Assembly: GCF_000150275.1 (NCBI RefSeq)
Contig: NW_002060945.1
Span: forward strand, 11,872-75,871
Source of the DNA: Trichoplax adhaerens
Lineage: Eukaryota > Animalia > Placozoa
DNA: 64,000 bases
Direction: 5' to 3'
The position numbers and the translations under genes were made by a program. The notes under the pieces were generated by a model. That model was not told the DNA's origin, did not search any database, and saw nothing but the letters and a program-made list of their open reading frames with translations. Shown here piece by piece: positions 39,726-53,800 of this stretch. Position 1 is the stretch's first letter. Each line of letters begins with the position of its first letter.

Positions 39726-41003
39726 TCAGTACTTGCAATGATCGTAAATTTGACGAAGCATTCTCATTTGTCTAATTGGTGATCTAATTCCATGAACCGC
39801 AAATAATTTACAAAGCTTAGGAATGGAGATATATTGTAACGTAAATGGATAATGTTGAACATCAAATCGATGATCATGAGTCGGAACTAATCCAATTTGT
39901 TGGCCAAGCATGCCAATAAATACGTCATCGATCGATTGAATTTTCCTCTTGTACTGTACTGCGTGTAACATACCTTTTAAAACATTAGCTGACATAATGT
40001 AGGCAAATCCTGAACAATATTTCGGATAAATTGATCGGCTATAGTCTTTATAAGACACGTAATATTTACTTGTATTCTGGCGTACTACATCACGATTCTT
40101 TTCACCAACATTACCAGCCCATAAAGTTGGGGCTAATTGAAGATCAGGACGCCTACTTAATTGACGATTTCGTTGAATTAAGTAATGAAAGAGATTGGCC
40201 TGATTGACGAAAACATCATCATCACCTTTATAGTAATATTGTGGACGGCAATACGTTGCAGCCCAGTACATGCCTAATATCGTTTTTTCCGTTAAATTTT
40301 TAAAATGATCAATAAATTGGCCAATTAAGATATCACCATAACGCTTAGCTTCATTTTCAACAGTAAGATTAATGTATGCATCAGTAGAGCGGCCAATAAC
40401 AAAAATTGTTCTCCAAGCATAAGGATGATTCATTTGTTTGATTTGTGTGCTACCATCACCCCAAGATTTACGGATGCCATTACGTCGAAATATGTTATTT
40501 GGCTTACTGTTAATAACAAGAAGAACAAATGCATCTTTTCTACAAGGCCTGATATCGCTGTGATTCTTCCAATAAGTAGTTATTGGATAACGTTGGGTTT
40601 TTGATTTAGCTTGGGTTGGTAATTTGTTTGATAAATGGAATTTTTGCACAGAAATCGTTTTATGATCTAGTAAACTTGTTGCGTTCCCTGCTATTCCCGT
40701 GGATGATGCTAAATTTGGCTTTTCTACCTTATCATTCCAGGTTTCTTCAACATGCAAACTAAGGTTATTCATACCAGATTGATGACGTTGATAGAAACCA
40801 TCTTTAGTCATTATTACATATTGACCATTTCTGTGATGACGACGACAGAGCATCGTTATTGGACATTTTGCAGATTGAGTTTTACAGCGTTGACTTAATA
40901 TACAAATAGGAATCAATCGATTATCAACGTAGATAAAACCTAGTAAGAAGATACCTACATAGACAATACATATTAAATAAAGATATTTCTGAACTGGTAC
41001 CAT
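39726..41003 (-). CDS. GT31 beta-1,3-glycosyltransferase, B3GNT-like (paralog 4, most divergent); intronless CDS
   Basis: 425-aa ORF with N-terminal TM and Cys-containing stem. Motifs RRNGIRKSWG, NLTEKT, YYKGDDDVFVN, PKYCSGFAY, IDDVFIG, LCKLFAVHG. Confidence 0.95.
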   Translation of the reverse strand: MVPVQKYLYLICIVYVGIFLLGFIYVDNRLIPICILSQRCKTQSAKCPITMLCRRHHRNGQYVIMTKDGFYQRHQSGMNNLSLHVEETWNDKVEKPNLASSTGIAGNATSLLDHKTISVQKFHLSNKLPTQAKSKTQRYPITTYWKNHSDIRPCRKDAFVLLVINSKPNNIFRRNGIRKSWGDGSTQIKQMNHPYAWRTIFVIGRSTDAYINLTVENEAKRYGDILIGQFIDHFKNLTEKTILGMYWAATYCRPQYYYKGDDDVFVNQANLFHYLIQRNRQLSRRPDLQLAPTLWAGNVGEKNRDVVRQNTSKYYVSYKDYSRSIYPKYCSGFAYIMSANVLKGMLHAVQYKRKIQSIDDVFIGMLGQQIGLVPTHDHRFDVQHYPFTLQYISIPKLCKLFAVHGIRSPIRQMRMLRQIYDHCKY

Positions 41004-44000
41004 AGTTGAAGAGAAATGTTGAAATGTAGCTAATTATTTCAAGAATAGCGATTGAAAACCATCCTATAAGCGACTTTATGTAGTATTATTGGTCGATCTC
41101 GTTAAATAATTATAATCAATCATTGAGCATCTTAGCAATAAAGAATAATCATCTAATTTTTGCTGTATCTGATATAAGATTGAAAGCTTTACTGCCTAAT
41201 ATTGTGCATCATGATGGTATATCAGCAAAATTATATAATAGATCTCGCATTAGTTCAATTCTATACTATAAGCACTTATATGCCTTGTTGTAGGATGCAT
41301 TACATCACATAATCGTACAAACTTGAACTTTGTCCATTTACTCATTCTTTCACTGGCTAAATGTTTATTTTATTATGAAGTTGTTGATTAAAACATAGTG
41401 ATCCTTTCCTAAATATTACATACCACATATCGGCACATGTAACTACTAAGTGCGGAAATAGCTCTTGGAAATAAAAATAATAAATGGATAGATTGCCAAC
41501 AGAATATCATGATTTCCAATTTCAATTTTAAAGACTGATTTTATAATTTCTGAGGCTAGTATGCTGTGCTATCGCATTTATACCATTCGAAAGATAGTTG
41601 TAGGGCTATACCATCACAGACAGGAATTAATAATACTGACGGCAAGTCTGTGGTGATGTAATGTAACAACAATTTGTCCTTGCCTTCTACCTGGATTTAT
41701 GTCGTCTGCCTTTGCTAGGTTTACTACACGAAGATTGCTGTAAATATTGATATACTCTTATCAAATGACGATTTATATTTAGTCTTAAGTGTGGTCATCC
41801 TATATACTATATGCGAGCATGTGTTAAACCTTGAATATTCGCTTTTGCACGATACGACAAAGTTTTGATAGTCTAAATACGTCTTGGCAAAAGAGAGATT
41901 TGATTAGTTAAAATTCTATGTGTTAATATATATATGTATTGCACGGAAATTTGAGGCTTTTGATTGATAAAAATGGGGGGGGAGTTTCTGCACAATACGT
42001 GATCGGAAAAAAACTTTCTTAAATTACATTACGCTACGCGTTTGCGAAGGATGGAAATATGCTGCTGGTATGTTTGATATTATTTACCAAACCTGCAGTA
42101 TTCTAAAATATTTAACTATCGCTCAAAATAGGTTTATATTTATTAAAAATGATCACTACTCGATAGCGACTATAGCATTGTTCATATTATTATTTAATAA
42201 CCATGATTAATGGCATCTTACTTTTCTTAGTATACATCCTAATGACATCCGATAAATTCGAGATCAACATATACGTGTATACTTTCCAAATCAAAAAGTC
42301 CAAAACACGCAGGCTAATGTACTGTACATCGTATACTTATAAACACATACAGAACAATCATGTAATTATCGTCAACACTTATTACAACATAGAATCATAA
42401 ATAAGATCTACAGTAACATTGCTTAGAGCCTAATTGCTTAATTTACATTTCACTAGTAGTTACATTATCATTGGACTTTTTATATAGATTGCTAATAATT
42501 CTTGCACTTGAAACGAACTACTTTCATATAGAGTAGCTATAAGGACTATACTGGTATTGCTAGCTAATACTGCCTAAGAAATGATACATTTGTATCATTA
42601 TTGTCTAGACGTGTCATAAAAAATTCTTATTATTGTATTTATACTATTTCCTATCATAAAAGTACTAAATGTGTTGCAAGCAGTGTGAGAGTAGGCTATA
42701 TATACAACGTCGCAAGTTCGCGATTGTCCTTCTTCCATAGTTTGCACAAGTACAAATATCGTCTACCAACAAATACTTAACGAAACAAACTAAGACTGCC
42801 ATTTACAGTATTTGTAATAGAGGCACCGATAGCACGAGATATCACTGCTTTAAGAGTAGGATTCACCCCAGTAGTAGTTCAAATATCCCTTTTTTAATAT
42901 AAATTAACAAAATTTTTCGCTAGAGAACAGAAACACGACAGAGTACAAGTAAAATTATCCGCAACATTTAAATGATCTCATCATGCTATATTTATAGATA
43001 TTTTATAAGCCTGCATAGGTTTAACAAAGTTACAGCGACTACACAATAGTAGTTAAAGAGGATATTCTATTTTATTGCATCTTCATTAACTTAAACGATA
43101 TCAAGACTCAAGCGGAATAATACATTTACCACAACTAAATTAACTCTATTTCAGCATTTTACTATAATAATTTTTTACCTGTTAACGATTCCAAACTCAG
43201 ATTATAAAGAAATAAATACGCTACTATGTATCGACTCGAGATGATCGTATTTTATAGAGAAATCGAACTAAAATGAAATATCCAACATGCCTGTACTTTC
43301 TGTCCTGGTATTCATATTTAATACCAGATATTAAGAACTACATTATAACAGCATTATGGGCTGATGCCTTCCTTACTGCATATAATATTGTAACCCCAAA
43401 TCATATATCGCATTCAACTTGCAAATAAAATATTAATCAAAATCTAGAACATTAATATTTTGATGTTCTTATCCGATGACGACATACTCAAAAGAAACAG
43501 TAAGAATTGTTTAATTTGAATACAAATAGAAGAAAGAATCGTGACTAAACATGCATAAGGATTGGCTATTAGTATGGAATATTTTATTTCAAAGTTTGTT
43601 GAAAAATGAACATAAAAACATTATCATACACAATATTATATAATACGGTGCATGAAATATTAATAATTATCAAAGGACAAAATCATGATCTCATATTTTG
43701 GGAATTTTACGTAATTTATGAAGTCAATCAAGAATTTAAAAATCTTAAATATGGAATGGCGATAACTATAATTTGCCGATAAAAAATTTTTTACCAATAG
43801 TTAACAAATTATAAATTGACCTATATTAACGTAGTTCAACTTCAGCAAATTAATTAGATTGGTTGTTTTCGAAGGCTCCCTATTTTATAGGATATATGGT
43901 TCTACGATGAATTTGATAAACTAAAGTTTTTGTGTATATTAACTGAGTCTATACTAGATGCCATAACATATGATTTCAAGTTAATAGACAGTCGAAAGAT

Positions 44001-44248
44001 ACTACACAACCTATGTAGCATTTCACTTATAAGATGATAATCTTAATCAATATGAAACGATCAGATATGAAAGGCATCTATTACTTCTTTACTGTACTCT
44101 TCTACGATATTCAAGTAAATATACACAGCATGCTATTGTTTAGTATAAAACGTAAAAATAAATATTTTGATAAACAGTATTCATCCTATTACAAAAAATT
44201 ACAAAATATTTATATGCAGTTTTCATATAAAATTAAGTTTATCATGAT

Positions 44249-47200
44249 CTAAATCGAATTAAAATAGCATTTCCAAATGTCCAGTGATTTGCTTGCAGCT
44301 TTATTGGGATCCATGATTTCATGGCTACCAAGGACATAAAAACAAGTCATACCCGTGGGAATGGGTGGCTCTTGATAGGAATTCGTTTCTTGCTCTTGTG
44401 AATCCGATGTTGTTGATTGCTGGCTATCGCCTGATACTATAGATAATGCATCGGGAGAATAATTCCCTCCTAATCGGCTATTAGCTGGAGCAACAGAAAG
44501 CCGTTGAATATGAGGGGTAGATAAGTTAGCAACTAACTTTTCATGGTTTTCGCCTGTATTATCGGAAAGAAAAGAAGCTGGCGAAGAGCCGGGCCTTAAA
44601 TGAACTAACCAACTCGATTGATTCAATTGAGCTGGTAGCATAAAGGATGATATCGATAGTAAAACATGACGGGAATAAGGCAAAGGAATTTCAATACCAG
44701 TACGATCTAACTGTATTTTACGCCAATGAGTTGTTCCTGGGTTTATATAGTGAATTTTAAAATTTGAAAATAAGAACGAAGTAAAGTTTTTAGAGCTCAC
44801 TTGCTACAAAATTCATTTAAACGAGAATAATGACGTTAAAACTAGAGTTTCAGAATTACTAATGAGTATTTTGACGTCAATTTCAAGCCATAGTTTGAAT
44901 AATTAATATATTGATGGTGCTGACAGTAAAGAGAATCTATTACTCTCTTACCAAAATCAAATAACCATAAGTCGGTCATTATAACTCCGTAACTTTCACC
45001 ACCAAGTATTGCCATTCCGTGACTCGTCTATAGTGTCGAGATAACAAGAATTTATCTTCTTATTCAACCACTAAATATTTCTGATATTTAATTGCCATCA
45101 AGAAATATGAATCCATTTGGGAATATGTTCGTTACCTTAACTGCAGAATGTTTACAGAGTGGTGGGGGCCCAGATTTCGATTTAATACGTCTCCACTGTT
45201 GTTGTACTTTAAATATGAACAGAGCTTCATTAAGAATATTTTATAATTCCAAACGCTTATTTTACTAATTTAAATGAAGCGGTAATGTGGCATATAATAA
45301 GAGTTATACTTATTAATCTACTATTATTAGTATATTTATAACCAAATAAATCAGAGCAGAATCGGATGATCATTCGATCATAAAATAGCGATAAATATAT
45401 AGCCTATGCTGTATTTTGCAATCTATTCTAACTACTATTTACATTATCATTTCATAGAAATGACCGATTAAAATAGGCTCGAATCTACTATCAAAATCAT
45501 TTTGATACCATTCTATTCGTAATTCTTGATACAAAATTTTAACTCTACAGTACAATGATATTAGAAATACTTACGAATATCCCATTTCCACAAGTCATTT
45601 GTAACATTTAAATCATTCAAGCCGCCAAATATCCAAAGTGCATTATCATGTACAACTGTAGAATGAGCGTAACGACCAAGTGGACTATTACTATCTTTGT
45701 AATCAAGCGGATAGACTAATTCCCAGGTATCTGATTCTGTGCGTAAAATACAGAAGTAAAATCCGCTTAAAATCAAATAATATAAAACGAATTTCCAGGA
45801 ATAGCAAAGGGCATCACTATAAGATTAGGTGGGATTTAACTGATATTAACTCATTCAAGTAATTTATAGGCTTAATTAATTATTATTAATAATGGACTGA
45901 GTAAGCATTTCATGAAGATAAAATCAAAAACGTCCATTTATTCAAAATATACGATATAACATAAGTGAAAGCAGCAGATTGCAATAAACTTCATAAGAAT
46001 CGAAAGATATACTTTCGGTAAGTCTTATGTTGTAATATTAAAGTTAAACAAGAAATTATTCATTCCGGATAGGCTGAATCGAAATATCTGTATAACTTAT
46101 GAAATTACAATTGTAATTCAAGTATAATATCAACATAGGAACATTTAAAATATTTACCGAAAGCATATGACCAAAGCTCATTTGTAGAGCCTCTAAAATC
46201 AATATAGCCACCAAAAATGTACATAGCCCCATTTATAATAGATGCTGTATGATTTCGTCTAGTAGAAGGAATCTATTTCATTATATGATATGTAACCAAG
46301 ATGAGTTAGTTTGAACTAGGGAATAATATAATACAATTAATGAAATTTATAATCAATAGGTCCAAAATTAAACTATAAACTAACCATGCTACCATCCGGT
46401 TCAAATGGAGACCATAAATTAAATTCTAATTTAGTCCATTTTAAATATCGAAAGAAATTAATAAAGAGTTTCAATTATTATATAATTTCAACATCATATG
46501 GCGATAATCTTCATTATTATATACCAAAGTTATAAATCCAAAATGAAGCTTCATCTTGATCACTAAATTGACCACCAAATAAATATAATTTGTTCTGTAA
46601 TTCATCAGTAGAAAAGAATAACAATTTATTAGATTGGTTTTATTAGAATTAGTTTACATCTAATACAGTCATTGCTATTCTGCAAATCAGGAGAAGATAA
46701 TATCGATAGCTTACTCTATAAACTACAGTCGTTTGCCCATGTCGAGATGATGGTGAATAATCGTTTCTAGGCTGGACATTTTCCCAATTTTCATTAACTA
46801 AAGGAAAAAACAACAATAAATGATAGCTGAAATCCATATTTTCAATTCTTATTCATAGCCTCAATGTCGATTCTCTAAATCCCTAAACCATCGTATAAAG
46901 TAATAGAAACTAAATTTCTAGCCCTAATATATGCTACGTACGAAACCATATCCTATAGATAGTAGAGAATGGCATTTATTCTTAGTAATAAACGCTATTG
47001 ACTAATGTACAAATATTTTCATGAAGTGAACGAATGATATGAAGTACTATAGATACGACTTTATAGTATTACTGGTGGTATTTTATGGAAATGCATAACT
47101 CAAACTAATTTTTAATATTGCACCAATAGAATTACCTCCTTTTCCATTTTAAAAGATGAAGGCAAAAATAAACTTACATAAATTAAATTTCCAAAAATCT

Positions 47201-47482
47201 CTTAGAGTTGAATATTTTGTTCTTCCACCATAGACATAAATACAACCATTGTAATAACAAGCAGAATGTTGGCTGCGTAGTTCAGGCGATAGATCATATT
47301 GGCTGGCTTTATAAATCCAATAAGATCGAGGCACTATGGATTTATCTGTAAGCAGGAAAACGAATTTATTATTCTATATTACTATATATTTAATATATAA
47401 ACTAAGTATTTTATGCTTCTAGATAGAGTGAACAGTGAATTTCGTATAAAATGAAATTATTTTTACCACGTCCACTAGCCAT
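44249..47482 (-). CDS. Kelch-repeat beta-propeller protein (KLHDC/LZTR1-N-like), 10 exons, 429 aa if independent
   Basis: Phase-consistent exons 47482-47467 (MASGR, tentative), 47345-47178, 46797-46715, 46594-46525, 46425-46385, 46272-46158, 45736-45575, 45206-45136, 45027-44952, 44736-44249. Blades: RSQHSAC..IYVYGG..FW, RHGQTTV..LYLFGG..FW, RRNHTAS..MYIFGG..LW, RYAHSTV..LWIFGG..LW, CKHSAV..AILGG..LW, followed by an S/Q-rich tail. Confidence 0.9.
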
Positions 47483-47855
47483 AAGTTAAGCTATCACATT
47501 CTATAGTCATGCTATATACGTGTATTACTTTTTTCCCAATATACTACCTGAAATAGTAACAACCTGACAGAACACTTTATAATATAATAACTTTTAGTGG
47601 TAAATTCGAAAGTAAGGTGCTAAATCAAAAACTAACTCAAATTAAAATTAGTTTAAAGAAGAATATGTACAATTATCGAAATTGTTTGAAGGCTTATTCC
47701 TTCGGATCTATATACAACAATCTGAAATCTATCCTAAGCGTAGAATACTTTTAAAGACATTCTATCATGCTATTTCATCTCCATATCGTAAAGAGTATTT
47801 ATATAATACTATGATGTCATAGCCAACTCGGAGCAAGAAGATTACTAGATGAAAT

Positions 47856-50800
47856 TTAAACTGTAAAATAATAACCCTGGGAAAGCTAACAAGCTTGAAT
47901 ACCCATTGTTAACAGATACAGTCGATAACTTACTTGTTTCACTAATAAGTTTTTGATCTTCTGGTCTGTTTTGATGTATCCAGTTTTGTTTTTTAAGAGG
48001 GGGTAAACTAAATTTACATGGAAACAATCAAGATCAACTTTGATGTTAAAATTGAGGAAACAGTTTCTTCTCTTGTATAAACTTCGACATACCCATTTCT
48101 TCCAAATTGCCAGCTGGTATTATTATTTGCGGTTGTTGACTGATTTCATTTATTAGGTAAGATATAGAAGAAATAGATTGGAAAACTATAGAAAAATCGA
48201 TTGTAATCATATAAAGATAAATTTTTAATAATTTACTTGGTGATTAAAAACCACGTCTGGTAATCGATTAAATACACACTCCATGAGGTAAGGATTGGCA
48301 TCAATCCATCGTGAAAATTCCATAAAAGAAAGCTTTCCAGTCTATTAAGCATTCCATTGCGATACATACAACGTACGTCATGAAACATTTTAAATTGTCT
48401 TTGCAACTGTTCTACATGAACATTTACATAAGTTACCAGTAACTAACAAACGATATGTAACTTTATTGGAGGCAATTTTAATGGTACTAATCACTAATTA
48501 CATTGTTTGCTTTTATCTAGTTTAATTATAAACTTGAGCAAAATTAAGCTTATATCGATTAATTTTTGTTATTATTCTATACAGAGAATCGAAGAAGGCT
48601 TACATGATTCTTGTGGTATGTATGGTATGCATCCCTCATTATATCTTCAATATTCAGATTCAAGTTGGGATCTGACACATTAAAATTACAAAAAGGAAAC
48701 CTTAATTAATTTACAGTTAGTTTTTCTGTATTCCAAATTAATTTATCGCGTTATAAAGAATAATGTAAATTGGTAAGTCTTTAACTTTTACCTTTGCCAT
48801 GAAGAATTACTGATTTAAGGACTGTTAGCATATCCGATTCTATAATACCTTCACGACCTACATGATATGTATATAACACGTCAATTTATGAAACTCTTAT
48901 GGTACTGTCTTAATATTAAGTAAATTACACTAAAGTAATTGCTAGATCCAATACGTTAGATGAATACTCAGATATACACTGTTATTTTATAATGAACATA
49001 GAGCTTAAAAATTCTTCCTGCAATTTATCTACTTTGTATTTATTTGTATCGTACAAATAAGATTGATTACCTGATAAATTATACTAGAAACCATATTAGT
49101 ATAACATCATAACAAAATTGCCAGTTCAATCATCAAGTGCCATGTCATTGAAAAATACAAATTAGAAAGTTTATGATTCTATTTATTGTTAGTAATTTCA
49201 TCTTTATTTAAATAGATGTCTATAAAATTTACTAATAGCAACAGCTACGGAAAGAGCTTACCATTCTATATAGTATTTTTTGCTTTTCTCGTTTGGTTGC
49301 ATATATACAAGTAGCTAATCCATCTGTAGCAAAAGTATCCAAGATTAGATGTTATTTTATATGGCAAACTTTGTATAGGAGTACTCTCCGTGGTAGAGTA
49401 GAGAAGCATGCATGAAAACAGTTATGCAGTGATAATACTAAATTCAATTGCGGATTATAATATGATTTAATTTTCATTACTGCAATTGTAAATTAAATGT
49501 AAATCAGAGTAAGATAACATTAAATTTTTATGGTATGAAAGTTTACTACACTTGTTAATGTATAAACTTAAAACATGTATCGATATAAATTAGAATTAGA
49601 TATTCTATAGATGCTGTTGCGTAAAAAACTGTGACATATGTTGTTCATCCAATTATCCACATACAGTATAAGAGAATATTAAGTGAGAAACAGAACTAGA
49701 TTTTATAATTTAGAAATTTGTAAGTTTATATTATCAAAAATTGATCAAAGCTCTATAAACTTTCTAAATATCGATATTGAATAATGTACTATCGACATGT
49801 TAGAGCTGCAACAGTACTTTTATGACATTAATTTCATCTAAAATCAGGCCTTCTAGCAAGATTATATTTCTAATCATTTCAAGTCAATCAAGTACGTAAT
49901 CCTACCTATAAATTCTTCCTGACTCAATCGGTTATCTTTGTCAGTATCTAATATTGCAAACAGTCTACGCGATAGGATTCCTTGCAAGTGGAAACATTGA
50001 ATGCTGCAAAATGGCATAATTCATGTTAAGATAAAATAGCTTATAGAATTCGAGTAAGTCCAGTTTACTTTAAGCAAGCATTTAAATATCGTGATAATTA
50101 GTTTTAGCCATTTCTTTTGCATTTATGTAATTAAAAAAGTGGTTAATGACATTACATATAGCATTAGCATAGTAGAGATATCTGTTAGTTACAAGATGTA
50201 AGAGCTTTGGTTAATTTAAGCCTAATTCTAAAGCAGTCTCATAGTTATACTCGTATGATCAGCGCATCGGAAAGTTAATGTAGATTGCTATCACAGAATG
50301 AAAGTAGAATAGCTTGGATCTGGAGCAAGAAAATGCTGAGATCATATAAAAGTGATGTAGATTATACTGAATTAATTTCTAACATATTTATTGGCGATCT
50401 GCATTACTCGTATATGGGAAAGCTTATGTACTATAGCAATAAAGCGAAGAACCTTGGTTCAACTGTTAAAGTTAAGATACTATATTTAATTAAAGCGCAC
50501 ATAAAATTAATATTCTGCGGAGAAATAATTATTTAAAGGAAGTAATAGCTGCCTAAAAACTTTACCCGCAGAAAGAAATTGTAGTTAGGTATTCTCTATC
50601 GTAGAATTTATCACAATCTTAAACTTACAATGATCTCATATCCACCGAGCCTGACGTTGATGACAGCTTGGAAAGAGAGTTGAATACTTGGACGAAAGGA
50701 ATCATTTCATCTTCTTTTACTATAAAGGTTCAAGAAAGCGGAATTGATATCATTAAGAGGTTGAAAGTATTATTTATACTCTGATAGAAAATATGATACT

Positions 50801-53800
50801 ATCATTATATCGCTTATAAGCAGATTCGACTGAAATCATGATCTCTTTATCTTGTTTTATAACTATCCATATCACGAAAGAAATTAATAGTAACCATGAG
50901 AACTAATATTATTTAAAGATGGAAAATTTTATTCATACTTTCCTAGAAATTATGATACTTTTGATATTTGGTTTATGAGGAGATTTAAGAAATAATAATC
51001 AATCTCTTTATCCTATTTTTATAACTATCGGGGAAGAAATGGATGATAGCCACATGAATTAATATTATTTAGAGATGGAAAATGTTGCTCATACTGTAAT
51101 AGAAATTATGATGCCTTTGATATTTGGTTTATAGGCAGATTTAAAGAATAATAATCATTCTCTTTATCCTCTTTTATAACCATCACTATCACAGAAGAAA
51201 TGGATGATAGCCACAAGAATTAATATTATTTAGAGATGGAAAGTTTTATTCATACTCTGCTAGAGACCATGAAACTGCTGATATCTCGCCTATGGCGATA
51301 GTTAATGGTTAAAAAGCGATCTGTATCTATCTCCTACTGTATAACTATTCCGATCACAAGAAAAAGCGATAGTAGCCATAAGAGCGATGAAATTATCAAG
51401 AGATGAAAGTGTCATATATCTGAATCTTAGACTTGGTTAATGTTAGTATATGATAGAAATCATGATACTTCAGTCATCTCGTTTATAGATAGATTTAAGA
51501 GATCAAAATCAATCTGCATATCGTATTTTATAACTATCGCAAACATAGAAGAAATTGATGTTAGCTATAGAAATAATTAGTTTTGAGTATATTCAACAGC
51601 CCAGAATATCCAGTAAACATAAACAAAATAAAATGATGGCCAAAAATATAAAGACGATATTAGCTATAGTCAGAAATGAATAGGCGTAGACTTTAATGAC
51701 ATCATTCAATAAGAAATGATTATTTACAGTACTTGTACTTTTATGCTTTAGGCAATAGAACTGATATTCAATAGAGCAAATAAAGGATTTATTATACTTG
51801 CATGCCACTAGTAATATCCAAGAAGATAAATACTAACAATAGTATCGTTGCATTTACCGATTAATGGAGACAACTAAATATAACAAAGACTATTCTGATC
51901 GAAACGGAATACATGTTTAGGTAAGCAAGTTTTGAGATCGTTATAGTAGGCAAAGGATAACTGCTGAATAGTATCGCTGCATTTACAGATTCATGGAGAG
52001 AACTAAATATAATAAAGATTACTCTAATCGAAATGCAATACTTGTTTAGGTAAGCAAGCCTTGAGATGGTTACAGTAGGTAAAGGATAACTGCTGAATAG
52101 TATCACTACATTTATAGATTCATGGAGAGAACTAAATATAACAAAGATTACTCTGATCGAAATGCAATACTTGTTTAGGTAAGCAAGTCTTGAGATGGTT
52201 ACAGTAGGCAAAGGATAACTGCTGAATAGTATCGTTGCATTTATAGATTAATATATTAATGGCGAGAAATAAGCACAATAAAGACCATTCTGTTCCAAAC
52301 GGAATACTTAATTTAGGTAGGCAAGTACTGAGATGGCAAGTAAAGGATAACGACTGATACTAGTGAAGTGATCGTTCTTTGAGAATATTGCTTAACGTTT
52401 AGCTGGAGAAGCTAGATGATGACGATAAAACGGTAAAATATAGTTTGTTATTAGTATGTCTTTCCAATTTGACGATAGAAATTAACTTTGTAGGACATTT
52501 TCATAACAGTCTAAAACAAATATTTTTAAGGACGTTTGGGCTTTTTCAATTAGCCGATAGACAGTGCCCGAGCTTTATAACAGTCTAGGAGAAAAGCATT
52601 TCAATTATGTCTAATCTTTCTAATAAGAGATCATAACATTATCGGAGTTTTAGAACAGCCTTTGAGCAATCAAGAGATACTTTTGAACAGTGCTGCGATT
52701 CACTGGAAATAGGAAAATCGATGAGTTCTATTAGATTCTCTGTGATTTTCTCCCATAAATGGATCAATACGTACTGTGTAGGAAATAACAAAAGAGGCCA
52801 AGAAAGTAAACTAGAACTAGTAAAACCCCCAAGTACTAATGATTATATAGAAATAGAGAAGGATTTTAAACTATGTTTTGCCTTTCCAGTCTGCCAATAA
52901 TTTATAAAGATGTGAGAATGGGAATTTGACAGCATTGATGGTTACAAATGGTAGAATGGCTAAAAGTTCTGATCCTAAAAAAGAATGGAGTAGATGCATC
53001 AAATTGTGCTGTAGTTGATCTTCTCGAACGTTTACCCAATCAAGCAATCAACAGGAGCTACAGGAGTGAACGAATACTTACGACTAGAAATGGCAAAAGA
53101 GTTGCAAATTCTCATAGCCAAAATGTCTTTTCTAATCGAGCAATATGTATGACATGTAACTGGCTTGATTAAGTTAAAGTTGTACACAGTCTTTAGTCCA
53201 TTTTAAAGGTTTCAAATTGAATATAGAATAGCAACATGGGGAAATTTGAATCGCCAATGATCTAATTTGTAAATAGATAAGAGTCGGGTAGTAACTCAAG
53301 AGAAATGATGCTATAATTTTATTACAGTTTTCAATTGTAGGCATGGCAAAACGAATGAAGTGTCCTTAATTCATTTGATTTTCTTCCGTTAATCGATAAG
53401 TAAAAATTATTGCAGCAAGGTGAGAAATTTCAGTCACTGTTTTCCAGAAATCGGAATAATTACCAGTGATAAATTGCTGTAGATGCAAGATTCTCTTATT
53501 TGAACTACCAATATTGTTAGTCTTGAGTATTTATGTGTAGTATGTGAGTAATAAAAGGTAGGAATTTGAATGATTGGAAATAGTCGAATAAAATTAGTCG
53601 TAATTCATTTTTTACTGGCTAGAAATTGAAATGTAAATGATTAACCTAGGGGAATTGTAACCACCTTTAGTCATTTATATTTAGGGGATTACTTTCAATG
53701 TAGACTATCAGAAAAACTCACCAACTAGAAATAGTAGGGTACAGGGATGATAGAACTAAATTTAATCTTTCTGCTCAAGTAATCAACTGTAAACCTACAA

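Noticed and set aside
46426-46450. Apparent non-canonical acceptor before YLKWTKLE in the kelch gene
   Set aside because: A canonical AG at 46426 gives WIYNFEFNLW, a proper kelch pattern in the correct phase.
48342-48411. Apparent exon EQLQRQFKMFHD plus a 35-nt intron before the EF4 exon
   Set aside because: Exon 48671-48604 joins 48341 directly in phase 0 and completes the EF4 loop. The alternative needs an implausibly short intron.
48970-49017. Apparent exon RIFKLY or EEFLSSM
   Set aside because: No donor gives a phase compatible with the 48857 exon, and the frames hit stops. The 13-nt microexon fits better.
51861-52211. 116-aa hydrophobic repetitive ORF
   Set aside because: Product of the 129-bp intronic repeat, with a non-ATG start and a frame broken in the flanking units.
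52948-53172. 74-aa ATG ORF within the EF-hand intron (and the 77-aa ORF at 60306-60539)
   Set aside because: No domain signature, and the length is within chance expectation.
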